Both the position numbers and the translations under genes were made by a program. Below, in pieces: positions 13,285 to 25,884 of a stretch of DNA of 64,000 bases. Where the stretch lies: assembly GCA_000708835.1 (NCBI GenBank), contig DF237304.1, positions 31,005-95,004 on the forward strand. The letters run 5' to 3'. The stretch comes from Klebsormidium nitens (lineage: Eukaryota; Plantae; Klebsormidiophyceae). Below the pieces are notes generated by a model. The model was not told the origin of the DNA. It did no database searches and saw only the letters and a list, made by a program, of their open reading frames with translations. The first letter of the stretch is position 1. Every line of letters starts with the position of its first letter.

Positions 13285-13840
13285 AGAGATCCGGTAGTAG
13301 GTACCTAGGTCACGTAGTTGGGTACCGGGATCGACGAACCTTACGGAACCTGGTTTGGGCCTCTACGGTACTACCTAGGTAAGTACCCACCTGCCTAGGG
13401 TTCAATTTCCTGGAAGGTACCTACCGGCTAGTACCTTCTTAGAAGGCGCGAATCGGTCCAAGCAGGTACGTACCGGTAACACCACCTGGCAGGGGGGTAC
13501 CTACCCGTAGTGGCACGACCCTTTCACACCTCCTCGCTGCGAACAATTATTTTTTCGCTTTTATTTTTTCACACCAGCCCAGCGACCAATTTCAAATTTT
13601 CACACCAAAGAGCAAACCCCAGGAAGTTAGCAGTACAAACCTTGTTTTTTTGCATGGAACCACAACCCTGCAACCCTAACCAGCTTTTCCTTGTTTCACT
13701 ATTTCACACCGGCCTGTTCAGAATTATTTATTTTTTTCACACAAGCCCAGAATAATTATTTTTGGTGTGAAAGGGTCGTGCCACCACGGTACCTTAGGAC
13801 CGGGAGGTACGCACGTAGTACGCACTACCGTACCTAGAAT
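13285..13840. repeat. Tract dense in GGTACC/CCTAGG/GTAC palindromes, probably an older non-autonomous element
   Basis: Many ggtacc, cctagg and gtac words in about 550 nt, far more than in flanking DNA; hosts the MITE below. Confidence 0.45.
13505..13789. mobile_element. 285-bp MITE with 26-bp terminal inverted repeats
   Basis: Left ccgtagtggcacgaccctttcacacc (13505-13530) and right ggtgtgaaagggtcgtgccaccacgg (13764-13789), one mismatch. Flanked by tac on both sides. Several internal tttcacac(c/a) repeats. No ORF. Confidence 0.85.
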
Positions 13841-14398
13841 GCACCTCGCGCGCGCAAAACGTGATGGTGTCAGCCGGTTCATCATCCAAATTCACGTGGG
13901 TCCTCGCTGGCGGCTGCCACAATGCACTGTACGACGTCGGGCATGACCAAATACATGCATATTCAAACAGCGCGGATACCACCTTTCCAAAAGCTCACAG
14001 CAGGTTTGAGGTGGGATCCACGTGCTTCCAGGTGCGGGCCACGCTGATCATGTGATTCTCGTGAGAGTGGGGAGAACTTAGAAGAATCCAAATCCTGTGT
14101 GTGACTTCCGAGCCCACAATTGGTCTCGCACCACAGATCTCCACACACCAAACCGCTTGCGAAACAGATTCGTGGTGACTTCCCCTTCCCCAGCTTTAAG
14201 TTTGACCCAGCTTCGACCAGCATGCATGATTCAGATTCTCTAGCTAGCTGACGAGTCGGCAGGGCGCCGCAAGAAGGGAAGTGCTAAACTGGGGCGGGGT
14301 CCTCCTTGGGCGTCTGAGTGCAACCAGCTCCTCTGACCTTCTAGCCTGTTAGTGGAGTTTCAAAAGAATACCAGACAACGACCGTGGGAAGGAGGCAT

Positions 14399-17218
14399 AT
14401 GCAAGACAGGATGCAGTCGATGCAGTCCCCGCGTCTAGTTGCGGTGGGCCCCATCGGGCCCGACATGGCGAATGCAGCTCTGTTGCAGGGGCACTATCCG
14501 TTCATGGGGTCCGCTCAGCAGATGCAGCAGGTGCAGCAGATCTTCCAGGGCCAGGGGATGCCCTATCCCCATGGGATGCAGATGAACGGCAAAGGTCATG
14601 GGGGGACTGGGACAAGGAGCGGCGTGTGTGCGTCCCGCCACATGGCCGCAGAGCAGAGGAGAAGAGCGCGTATCAATGAACGGTGAGGTGTTGGAGCATG
14701 TATCTCTCATCTTTCTTTGATTGTCTGAACCACGACATGGTGACTCTTTGGAGGGGCTTTTGACAGTCTTCATGTAAAGTTCTATCTGCCAGTCCCTGGC
14801 CCTCTTCAATTGGGGTAGCACGCACTGGCTGATTTGGTTCACTTCCCAGCTGAGGGGGGGACTCCTTTTCGTTGGCTTCCTTTGTGTTCTCTCTCAGTTC
14901 TCAAGTGCAAGGAGCTGCTTGTGGAGCTTTTTGCGGGAACCTTTATCAGTGTTGCGGTGGCATTCCCAATATTCCTCTGCTTCTGAGTTGGTGGAGCTGC
15001 CTCAAGCTCTCTGAAGGAGCTACAACACTCTGTGGCCTTCAACTTTGTTGAGTGGCCCTCCCTGTTGCAGACTGTTAGGCGCTGCTTTCATTGCTGTACT
15101 CAGATACAAGGTGTCAGTTTGCTACTGGTATCCAAGTTGCAAATGAGGACCTTGTGCCAGCTAGGAGCATGCATAATGTGTACTCGTTGGCTGGTGTGCT
15201 GGCTGGTTGGTCATAGAGCTGGTTGAAAGTAATAAGAAATGAAGGGGCTGTTTTGCTTGGCATGTCTGCCAACAAACAAAGCTCACGAGCAGAAAGTAGT
15301 ATGTGCGTATTTAACACTAGCTGCGTGACATTTAAGCCAGCCTAACCCGAGCATTCTCCTGTATACGGTTGACATGTGCACTTTATCAGCTGGAAGCACA
15401 CTAGCGTGCAGCCTAACCCTAATATTTCTCGGAATAAGCAATGGCTGAAGTATGTATGCTGGCCTTGGTACGGATAGTGTAGACACTCATGGTGTGAACA
15501 TTCCCCTGTCTTTGCCAGGTTGGAGGCCCTACGAAGCCTGGTCCCCCACTCCGCCCGCGCCAACACCGCCGCCTTTTTGGAAGAGGTGTACGACTACATC
15601 AGTGCACTGCACAAGCAGCTCGAGCGGCTCGGCGGGGGCCCTTTTGCGACTCCAGGGCCGTCCCCCCCCACTGCGATGCTCGACCCTCCCGCTTCCAAGA
15701 TGGCGAATACTGGCGGGGCAACTCAGCTGACGGGAAACAAGCGCGAGCGCAGCGTCAGCGAGGAGAGCGACATGCAGGCCGGGCACCACGGCCTGGAGGA
15801 GATGACCGGGAACAAGAGCCAGTTTGCGCCATACCTGCAGGCAGCGCTCCTGCCGGGGTCGCTTCCGGGGTCGCCGCTCTTTGGGGCGTCCACCGCTCCC
15901 ATGGTCATCCCAGAGATGTCTCTGCGCTCGATGATGACAGAGGGCCTGCGGCCTGTCGCGCCGGTGGCCCCAATGCAGCAGGTGATGGCGCCTATGCAGC
16001 AGCAAGCAATGGGGCAGCGGCCGATTGGGAACGGGTCGATGCACAATCTGCTGGAGAATGGGCTACAGAGGATGCCATCACCATTGGAGAATGGGCTGCA
16101 GAGGATGCCATCGCCAGTGGCGGAGGAGCAGGGACTGGGCCCCCAGGCGGACGACGGGAAGTTGGCAGTCGCGCCAGGGTCAGTTGCTAGCCTAGGTTGT
16201 CTCACGGCGCCACCATTTGCCGGTCAACGACTTTCTCATTGTTGACCGTGTGCAAAGCGCTGGCTTCTCTTGCTTGATTTCCTGTTGCGCTCGCCGCTTG
16301 TCTGTGGAGATGAAGAACTGTGTTTATAGGAGTCGGTGGGGTGATTGGAAAGTGCTGCCCTCATTGTCGAGGCACATTGAGTGTGTTGCTTTGAGCTGTT
16401 GCTTAGATGCAGATTTAGGCAGAGCCAGCTAATCTCATCTGGTTCATGTTATACATGTGATGCTCCTGCAAAACCCTCTTCTCGTCGCAGGCGTTTTTGA
16501 GGTTCAGCTCCTGATCATGATATCATAAAAGGAGTCGCTTTGCTTTGTAATCATCAAATGTTTAGTTTTGCTTCTATTTGCCACTGAATATATCAACTGG
16601 CCACTGAATATTCTGATGCGTAACTGGCTCCCTCTGTGTCTTGCCAGGCCTTCTGAAGAGATTGCTCCGGAAGGAGAGCTTCTGGGGTCCCCCCAGCAAG
16701 AGCGTGAGCTGTCTGCGGAGGTGGAAGGTACAGAGGGAGCGGGGACGAGCCAAGAGGAGGCCGCGGCAGAGGGGGAGCTGGCAGCACCCAAGAAGCGCGC
16801 CAAGAAGTCGGGTCCCACCGTTGAGATGTGCGGAATGAAGGCCAGAAACGTGCAGGTATGAGAGTCACTTGCAAGCTTGTGGATGGGGTAAAAAGTGGTC
16901 TTGACAGCAACTGTGCTTCAGGCGCTTGTGCACTTGTCTCTTAGACGGAAATGGTCTTGCTTTTGGTGGTTCAAAATTTGCATGAGCATTCTGATGCAAG
17001 CTACCGCGAAACAGAGCCAGGAGTTTCAGGATTTGCCTTTGCTCCGGCAATGGACATCCCAGCCATGCTGCATGGCTTCAGCGGCCGTCAGTTTAAAGTA
17101 ATCATTGATGCAGGCTGGAAGCTAATCTACATCGATGTTGTTCATGTCGTCTGTAAAGTTTGTCTCTCTATCTTTGCAGGGAGTGCATCGCCCCATCCCC
17201 ATGAAGCCTCAGGCTTAG
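14399..17218 (+). CDS. bHLH transcription factor, BIM-like (subfamily Va)
   Basis: Exons 14399-14682, 15519-16178, 16648-16855 and probably 17180-17218, all phase-consistent. The bHLH reads SRHMAAEQRRRARINER|LEALRSLVPHSARANTAAFLEEVYDYISALH and resembles the BIM-type H-x3-EQRRR-x2-IN basic region. Q/M-rich flanks and a KKRAKK putative NLS. Confidence 0.85.
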
Positions 17219-17379
17219 GTATCGAAAGGAGCACAAGTTCCAGATGGCACTATCCTTTTGTTGAAAGGACCAGCATGACATAGAGCAGGGACCTCGAATG
17301 AAGGTCTCTGGCTTTGGTTGTCCTCAGGCGATTTTCGGTACGCAGCTAGAGGGCACCAACACAATTTTGACCGTTTCTA

Positions 17380-19930
17380 CAATGTCACATGGTTCAGGTG
17401 TGTGGAGCATAGAGGCAAAGTCTGCTCATGAGGAGTAACGAGCGATAGGTCTGTATCGAATCTCTGTAATCCTAGATAATGGATTAGTCTTTGGAGCCTT
17501 GTGATTTCTCTATGTTGAAGGTTTGAAGGAGAAAAGGCTTCCTCGGCGTGTGTATCAAAGCAATGAGTTGATTCTTCTCTGGACTTCAAAAGTAGGCCTA
17601 GATAAAGCGAGTGAACAGAGACCCGGCCTCAAGCCGTTTGTTCTACGGACAACCATACAATTGTTATGTTTTCTCATGATCACTGCTTTCATGATGCTGG
17701 AGACTATTAGTAGCGGGAGATAGATGGGATATTTGTTGCCAGGATCTGATTCCTGACGGCCCACAACAAAGCTCGCTAAATACCGGTCGCGATCTATGTA
17801 CAGCTTTCGCTATAAACTTGGGTATTTTCTGCATTTGCAATTCCCATCATCATTCGTGCTTCTCAATATATAACGGAGTGGCGATGATGATCATTGCAGC
17901 TCAAATTGCAAAACATACTTTGTACGGCCATGTATATGATGATGCACATGCCATCTACGATGCAACTTTTGAAAACGTAAAGCGCGTAGCTTACAGGCAA
18001 ATTTGGAATGCCACATGATCATGCCGCCAAGATCTTCATGATCATACGGTAGCTTGCCGAAAGTGCCACAGAGGACTTGCTATAAGTTAGGAGGACCACT
18101 GTCAGGCTTCATCAAACATATGCCTAATCAATACAATTAAACGGCGGGGCTCCGGGCCGGTGAGTGCAAGCCGGGCACCATTAGCTAAAAACTGACACTA
18201 GGTATGGCCCCCACTCGAATTGTCCCTTAATTCGGATGCCAGTAAATATGCAAAAACACACGCCATTGGCCTCTGATCTTCTTAAAGCCTTCGCTAGCCT
18301 GTTGTTGCAGGCTAAGAGTTTCGACTATGGATTTAACTGTTGACTCCTCGAACCATTGGCTCACCAGAGTATTGCCCAATGCATGAACAAGGTCATGAAG
18401 GGTGATAGACATGCACAAATGACCATCCTCCACTCATACAAACAACCTGACGCTCAATGAACACGTTGGCACTTTGAGACAAGACTTCGCACTTGCATGT
18501 GAGAGCATGTGAGCTTCAGCAAATATTGCTCGAAGAGTGGCATACACATTGCCTTCATCACCCAAAGTCAACTCGGATTACAGAACAAATCTGCCAACGC
18601 AACTCGTTCTAGCAACACATTTTACAATCTAAATCTACTTCTAGACTACCCCCCATGATGTACAGCTACTGCTCAACTCAAATGTCTTGTTCTTACAATA
18701 TACATTATGCATTAAGGGCTCTCACCCGTTCAAGATGACGCCTTGCTCTTTCTCTCGCTCAAGCTGTCTGCCATTGCTAGACACTCTTCCATCTCGTCTA
18801 TGTCCATCTGCATTGAGAGAAGGTTTCAGCATTGGATAAGTTTCATGAGAAGGGCAGCTCGTCAAAATTCCTTTCTCACCTTGTCAAACCACACTGCACA
18901 TTGTCAGGTTAACAACAATGTTACTTGCCTTAGGTAAACGGACAGTCTTGCTGGCTCTTTTGAGAACAGATGTGACCTTTGACATCATACTGTCTTTGTA
19001 CTTCAGTTGCACTCAGACATTTCTTGCTACAGTGACTTCATATATCATCTGCACCAGGATGCCGAAGCAGATCTGTACAACTGTAGCTTGTGAATGTGCA
19101 TTCAGCTCAATCACTTCACCAGACAAAAAGCTGCAAAAAGAAAGGCAAATCGCATTTTCCATGCACTATAAGCGAGCCAGCATGCCAACAGTGTCGTTGA
19201 TCTAGTAGGAAACCACAAGGAGATGGACTTTATTTGATTGCACTCAACGACACTATCCCAGCAGCTCAAGTAGAGTGACACCATCGATCAGGTCCGGGTC
19301 CCTCAAAATCTGGTTAAAGGTCTGAAGATTAAGTGAAGTTCAACAAGTCTTGCTGCAACCGAGCCTGGGGCTAGGTTAGGTCAAGATTAATCACTCAATC
19401 TGATTGCCCCATTTGCACGTTGAAGGAGCAGGAGGAGCGCTTCAGAGCTCATACTGGCACACATGATTGCCCAAAACAATCAATGGCTGGCCAATGGAGT
19501 TGTCAGTAGTACATTTTTCCTCGACTTACTGTTCCAATGGCGTCCAAGCACAGGCTGATTGCTCCAACAGCCTCTGGATCATCTCCGTCGCCAGCAGGGA
19601 CCAATCTTTGCTCTTCCGCCGGCTGGCTGTTCCGGTCTTCTTCTCTCTCGCTTTTGCCTGGCCCAATTGCTGGCGTCGTGTCCCTCCTAACACTTGTGGG
19701 TGTGCTCACGTCAGCACCAAGTTGTGCCCTTGAGCCAGTGCATCCAACACGTCTGCTTTCCAGCTTCCTCCTAACAGAGCCCTCTCTTAGGAGAAAGCAA
19801 GAGAGAGCTACAAATTGCGAGCTCCCAGCAAGCAGGGATGAATGTGGTGCCATCCGACAGGCAGAATGTGACGCAAAGCACGCCGCACTGGCGGATTGCG
19901 AAAGAGAGACCGACGAGAGTGCCATTGCTC
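17380..19930 (-). pseudogene. Decayed spliced coding or transposon-derived relic, unidentified
   Basis: Exon-like blocks with splice signals on the minus strand (ttttgcag|...FLSGEVIELN...; tgcag|MDIDEMEECLAMADSLSERKSK) are broken by stops. No diagnostic motif. Confidence 0.22.
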
Positions 19931-20852
19931 CGAAATGATGTGCAGGCTGTGCGGAGCGGAGGTCAGCAGGGGGACACCTTCGTGCTCAGTGCCCAATGCG
20001 TCAGACCTTATTGGAGCTCGAATTTTTTATTGGCCCTCATCTCTTGCCTTGCAATGCTTCACAACTCCTTGCTCATTTCCTCCATGCTCATCACCATTCT
20101 TGTCTACCATTCTAGCTCAGCTCGCCTCTACTACGGTACCCCCTTGTTTGCTGCATTGTCAACAGGATCCTTGATATCCACTTCCGACGGCTTGGATCGC
20201 CTGACATTCTATCCACGTGAGAAACGTGTTAAGATGGTGCAATCGTAGCCGTTGGATCCACCTGGCCCCCCAAGATATTTCCATTCTTGCTCGGGGTCCA
20301 GGTGCCTATAAAGTAAGTAGAGAGGATTTAGGAGATGTGTACTTAATCTTTAATTCTTTGTCTTGTATTAACAAAACAGCATTCAATAATTCCAGAACTT
20401 GGTATAAGTGCCTTCTTGAGAGCGCGTATATTGAATTCTGTAACTAGTTCGGGTGATAAATTCAATCAGGGGCCAGCTGCGGCCAAAGCATGCCATGTGA
20501 TGGCACGGGCCGCCTGAGCGCGGCCGCGGCCTGCCGGCCCGACGCGCGCGGCCGAAGCAAATTGCATGCCGCAAATTCATGGGCCGAAATGTGAAGAACG
20601 TTTGTCGCCTAAACTTGAGACAGTCGGAGAGGCAAAGCTCAGAGCTGTGCTTTCAGAAGAGCCGGCAGTGGTAAGTTGTAATAGCGGCGTACTACAATGA
20701 CATGCAGCTGAGCAAATGCGAGAATGCGCGCACATTCATTTATCAAAGGAGAATGTTCCACTCTCAACGTCGGCAAATAGCAGCTTGAAATCGCGTTGAA
20801 TTGAAGCTTTTGATCTGGAATTTTAATCAAGTCTTTTCATCAGTCCACCAGC

Positions 20853-23800
20853 ATGCAAGCAGCAGTGCGATGGGTTGGCTCGGCGCCTGCCATTGCATTT
20901 CAGCATCCCGTTGTCAGCAATGGAAAGTCATTGGAAACGGGAAATAGAGCTAGATTTTGCAGTTTGAAGTCAAGAGGCCAGTTTGGAAATAAGGTTCCTG
21001 GTCTATCAGGGCATCGGATGGCCGTTAAAGGTCGCAGATCGTCATTGCCTCTGTCGGGGCAGGTCAGAGCAACCAGTGACATGACATCAGTGAAAACCGG
21101 TGAGAATGCGGTTCTGCTCAATCTGCAATGCAGTGCATTGCTTATTTCGCGCTTGCTAAGATCGGATTGGTGATGTCATGCCACAAGAAGAGTAAGACAA
21201 ATCCTCCTAAAAGGTCAGCTTTGGATGCATTGCTTTTATGAGCTTGCAAAAAGCTGATCAGTGGCGTTATGCCACGGGAGCAGTATAACAAAGTCCTGTG
21301 ACAAGGTCAGCAAGTGCAGCGCTGACTTGATACAGCTTCTTCCGCTTCTTTTGCGGGAGCCGTTAGATTTTAATTGCTGGTCGACTAAAAGCTCAAAAGG
21401 TTCGGTCAGCCGAGCCGCATTAGGGTTAGCACAATGAGTTGGAGGAACAAAATGTTTTGCGGAGGAGAAAAGGTCCTATGCTTTGAGGTGGACATTTCTT
21501 GATCTTGGCCCTTCTGTGCACTTCTCACTCTCTGGTGTTCTTGTCAGCACCGATGGTCATTGCTGGTTCATCTATTGCATCGGTCGATCGATAGTGGATG
21601 AGGTCAAATGAAGTTGTTCTAGTACTAGACGAAGGTACAGATCATGGACCTTATCAATAGACTATCGGTGCTTCCTTGATAGAGTCTGTCTCAATCGCAT
21701 GTCTGTCAATATAGCAAAGCGGTGAGATGTTCCTCTGCATTGACAGCTTGCTTCATTCTTCTGCAGAAGCCCAGCCTGTCACCTTCTATGATATCCTGGG
21801 GGTGTCCAGGGAAGCAAGCACTGACGATGTGAGGCCCCATGTCTTTTTTTTCAAATCGTTGCATCTGCTCTGTCTTTGAACCGTCTATCTGCATTGCTGG
21901 CTTCTCCCAGGAGTAACTTCGTATCCAGCACTGAATGTCCAAACGGCAAGGCAAGGGCTGGCAAGGAGAAGCCTTGGACCATCGAAGGTCGTAGAAGCTA
22001 GCTTAGGACCAGTCATTGACTGTAACTGCAAAGGAGCAGCTCCCCCACACAGCTCTTCCAGTCTTGGATGAAGAAAACGCCTGAAACAATATCTACCAGC
22101 TCTTTTTGATTAGAAGGTTCTCTGTCAAGAAGGTATTTCTCCCCTTGTCCACTCTTTGAGAGAAACTGCCGATGAAGAACCATGCCTTTGATAGCCTTTG
22201 TAGGGACTTGAGTTGTCTGCTTGGCTTGGTCGACACCCCACTTTGAAGACATCCAGACCTAAACCAGGGCTTCATAGTCGCTGGTTACTTGGCATTCCAT
22301 GATATCCTTTCGAAAAGCATTTTCTCATTTTGACAACCGATTGCTCCATCAAGCTACCTCCTTTGCTTGACCTGCCAGATGGACAGCGTTCTGGTTATGA
22401 TCCGGGAACTTTTCGTGTCTAATTATAATATGCAGGCACCGTCAGGCTCATATCCGAACCAGTGTCTTGCGCATGTTTTAAGGTCGTAAGGTCGATCTAG
22501 TAGTTTGATTCGTTTCTCCTGTCCCTCCTTAAAGATCCACTTGGCTTACAAGGCGAGGAAGAAGCAGATCAACGAAAAAGTGGGGTCCGATGCGAAAGAG
22601 CCTCTGGAGGCCCTTGAGGTGAGTCTTTTGGACACGAAACGCAAGTGATCAGGGCGAATATAGACCGTTATGACCACTTCCAAGGTCAACCTTAGATGCT
22701 TGGGGAGCCGATCCGCGTGCAGGTTGCAAGCATAAGTCAAAATGGGCTGAAGCCTGATGCTACATGGTCTCAATTGACTTTCGAGCTGGTCAGATCGGAT
22801 GGGTCCCTCCTTGATTGATTGGTTCAAAGAGTTCAAGAGCTAGCAACAGGTAGCGACCTGTACAAAAGATCGTTCATCTGGTCCAGGTTGCGTATGACGA
22901 GCTGAAGGATCCACCTTTCCGGACTATCGGAAGCAGCCGTATCTGGCCGCATCCTGAACCCCCGGGTATTCATAGGTCCTAAAAGAACACACATCCGGAA
23001 TACGACTTTCAACATCTATCTCAGAAATAATGGTGTCCTCCAGGTTGTTCCCGACTTGCTGCGGGTACCGAAGAGCTGCCGGCTAGTGGCTTCGGGCCGG
23101 CGAAAGGTACCGCTGGTGTGGCCAAGAATCTTGATCTTAAGAGGCAACATTCTCAGATCCATGTATTCTCAATCTCGACATCCCGAGAGTGTGATGATTA
23201 AGTGGTGTCCTCCAGGCGGCCCCTAACGAGTTGCGGGAACCAGAGCGTCGCCGGATCCACGACTTCGGGCTGGCGATCAGTACCGCTGCTTTGGCCGCCA
23301 AGTGACATATAGAGAACCAACACTCCAGCCTCATGTATTCTCAAACCTGCCACTTCAAGAAAAGTGATGAATACGTGGTGTCCTCCAGGCTGCTTATGAC
23401 GAGTTGCGGGAACCGGAGAGCCGCCTGATCTACGACGTCGAGCTGGCGAAAGCTCGTGTGGCCACAAATCGAAATCTCAAGGTCCAATACTCCCGGATAT
23501 TTTGGAATCTCAAACCTGGTCTCTTGAGAGAATGCCGATTAAGTTGTGTCCTCCAGGCTGCTTATGACGAGTTGCGGGAACCGGAGAGCCGCCGCTTCTA
23601 CGACTTCGGGCTGGCGAATCAGGCTGTCGGGGATGCGCCGTTTGTGTGGCCGTACGAGGTGGACATGACGCAGCGCCTTGCCGCAGAGACGGAGCAGAAG
23701 TTCAAGGAGGAGGCCGATCCCACTCTCTTCTCGGTGGGTGCATTTCTGTGTACTTTTCCTTCCTTTCTCCTTTGCCTTTCCTTGGACTTTTTCCGATGCT

Positions 23801-25215
23801 TCTTTCGAATCAACTGAGATGTTGTGAAGTTTGCAGTTGGCACATGTGGTCGAGCTGTGGTGACCATAGCAAAACGGTCAGGCAGCCGGCGATCGTTTCA
23901 TTCTTTCGAATGGATGGGTCTCGCGAAGGCTTTGGAGTATCCGTTTTGAACTTGAGGCTTCCAAGGCAGATGAAAAAAGCCCGATCTAGTGCAGCAAAGA
24001 CGGAGGTTTACGCATCTGTGATATACGACTGCGGATCTGTGCTCTTTGTCAGATTGTGCTCACGTGCAATCAGAAGGCGGCAAGCGCCTCCTTGTTCCGA
24101 GCGGAGGCTTTCACGTTGCCTTCGGAATTCTCAGTTCATGAAATCCATTTGGGTGTTCAAGTCCGATAGAAGGCTCGAGTTGAATCTCAAAATCTGGAGA
24201 GGCAGGTAACGTCTCGTGGCGTCACTTTGGGTTTTCCTTTGGTCACGTGGTCCTTTATGATAGTAAGATGTCGCTAGACGGTTCTGGAGTCAAGCGGTTG
24301 GAGGCGGAGCGAAAAGTCGGGGAGATGGCCGACGTTCGCAAGGTCCAGGTGGGTATTCTCCGCACCAGTAATTTGTTTCACGTTCTCGGATTTTGGACAC
24401 TGTAAGCGTTCGCGGTGATCAGCTGCGTGATGGCAAGCTGCAGAAGCTTAAAGAAGAGCAACGAGTTGGCTCACGTTGCGCAAGCGATCTCTGCACACGT
24501 CCAGCCTTTGATCCCTGATTGGTAAGATTGAAGGTGAAGAGCCGTAGGCAGTTGCGGGTCAGTTCGACTCGAGCCGAGGGCTGATTGAGCAGATTGTGGT
24601 CCTGTAAGCCATATCGTTCGGAGGGATGAAGTTTGGGACAAGGAAGCTGGAGAGTTGACAGGTAGAATGATTGGTCACTATTGTTTGCGGAGAAGACTGT
24701 TGATGCAGTCAGAGTCCTCTGCTCGGGCTTTGGACGAAGTTCCCGTCCAAAACTGGTTCTTTATGCATGAAGCCGAAGTGGTCAGGGACGGCTGAGCACG
24801 TTCATATTTGATCAGAAGCCCGCTCTTTCACAATCCTTAAATCGACATCCCTCTGATCCCCTTGTTGCTGAGGAAGACAGGTGCTCGACTCTCCTTTGAA
24901 CCATGCTTGGACTGATCGCAACTGAAGTGCATGAGAGTGGGCTTCAACCTGCCCCAAAAAGTGCGCTATCCACCTGACCAGTTTCTGTCCACAAATCTGG
25001 AAGCGCATCTAATGGTCGCCCCCTTGTTGCAGGGTTTCGACAACGACGGCCTGTCAGACGACGAGCAATACGACTTGACGTCCGATCTGCTGATCATAGG
25101 GGTCCTACTGTCCTTGATAATCAGCGCTGCGCTGAAATTGGGCAATGTTGGCTTGAATTCGTTCCAATCGATGGGTGAAACGGCTGTAGAAATGTGGGAA
25201 AAGCTAGGACCTTAG
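20853..25215 (+). CDS. Plastid J-like protein of the NdhT/NdhU (CRRJ/CRRL) type
   Basis: Exons 20853-21099 (transit-peptide-like), 21767-21828 (FYDILGVSREASTDD), 22535-22618 (IHLAYKARKKQINEK...LEALE; no HPD), 23557-23733 (AAYDELREPESRRFYDFGLANQAVGDAPFVWPYEVDMTQR), 25033-25215 (GFDNDGLSDDEQYDLTSDLLIIGVLLSLIISAALKLG; one TM helix). Phases are consistent. Confidence 0.72.
22875..23556 (+). repeat. Array of four degenerate copies (period 157-173 nt) of the acceptor and start of the exon at 23557
   Basis: tccag| followed by gctgcttatgacgagttgcgggaaccgg-like sequence, with AG at 22886, 23043, 23215, 23388 and 23556 (real). Similarity falls with distance from the real exon. Confidence 0.9.
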
Positions 25216-25884
25216 TGCGGTAAAAAGGTTGGGACCGACCATTCCGTATTGGCGTCTTACCAAGGTTTGAAGCAATGACAGCGTGTAAAGCATGTACTTT
25301 GTATGTGACTGCAAAGCAAGCTGACTTGGGGTACTAGGACAATTCAATTGTTGGCAACAATCCGGCTCTGCCATTCGTATCATTGTTCAAGGGCCATCAC
25401 TTCACTATACCATCCGAAGGAAAGTCTGCTGATGGTTTACCAAATTCGCTTCTGGGTCATGCCGCGCTATGTAATCAGACTGCGAAAACACCAGTCGAGC
25501 ATGGTTGATCGCCCCTTTGTGGCGCAAAGGGGGACCCGGGGCCATTGAAACTTACTAAGTTTCAGTACCGCACGAGTTGTTTCGGTGTTGACGGGCCACC
25601 TAGGTACTGGCCGGGTGTTCCAAATGAAGAGAACTTAAGTTGACACATATGTGCAACCGTCATTGGTCAGTGGGCACTGCGGGCCCGGGCCGGCAGCGCT
25701 GTCATGACATGCATGGCATCGCCTCAATGATCGTGGTATACGGTATCAATATTGAACTCAATCTTTGTACTTAACTCAACTTTGCCATCGGATTCGATCC
25801 AATTCGATCATGATTGACGAGTCTGCTGCCGACGTTTCGAGTTGCGATAATGATATATATGCATCATTCTCATATAATGTTATA

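Noticed and set aside
22875-23556. Regularly spaced repeats resembling a CRISPR array (also 349-1275 and 31340-31720)
   Set aside because: Units are 140-200 nt degenerate copies of exon-intron junctions in a eukaryotic gene, with no constant short repeat, no unique spacers and no cas genes.
24279-24349. Possible extra exon of the NdhT/U-like gene
   Set aside because: Its splice phases do not fit the phase-0 flanking exons in any sensible frame.
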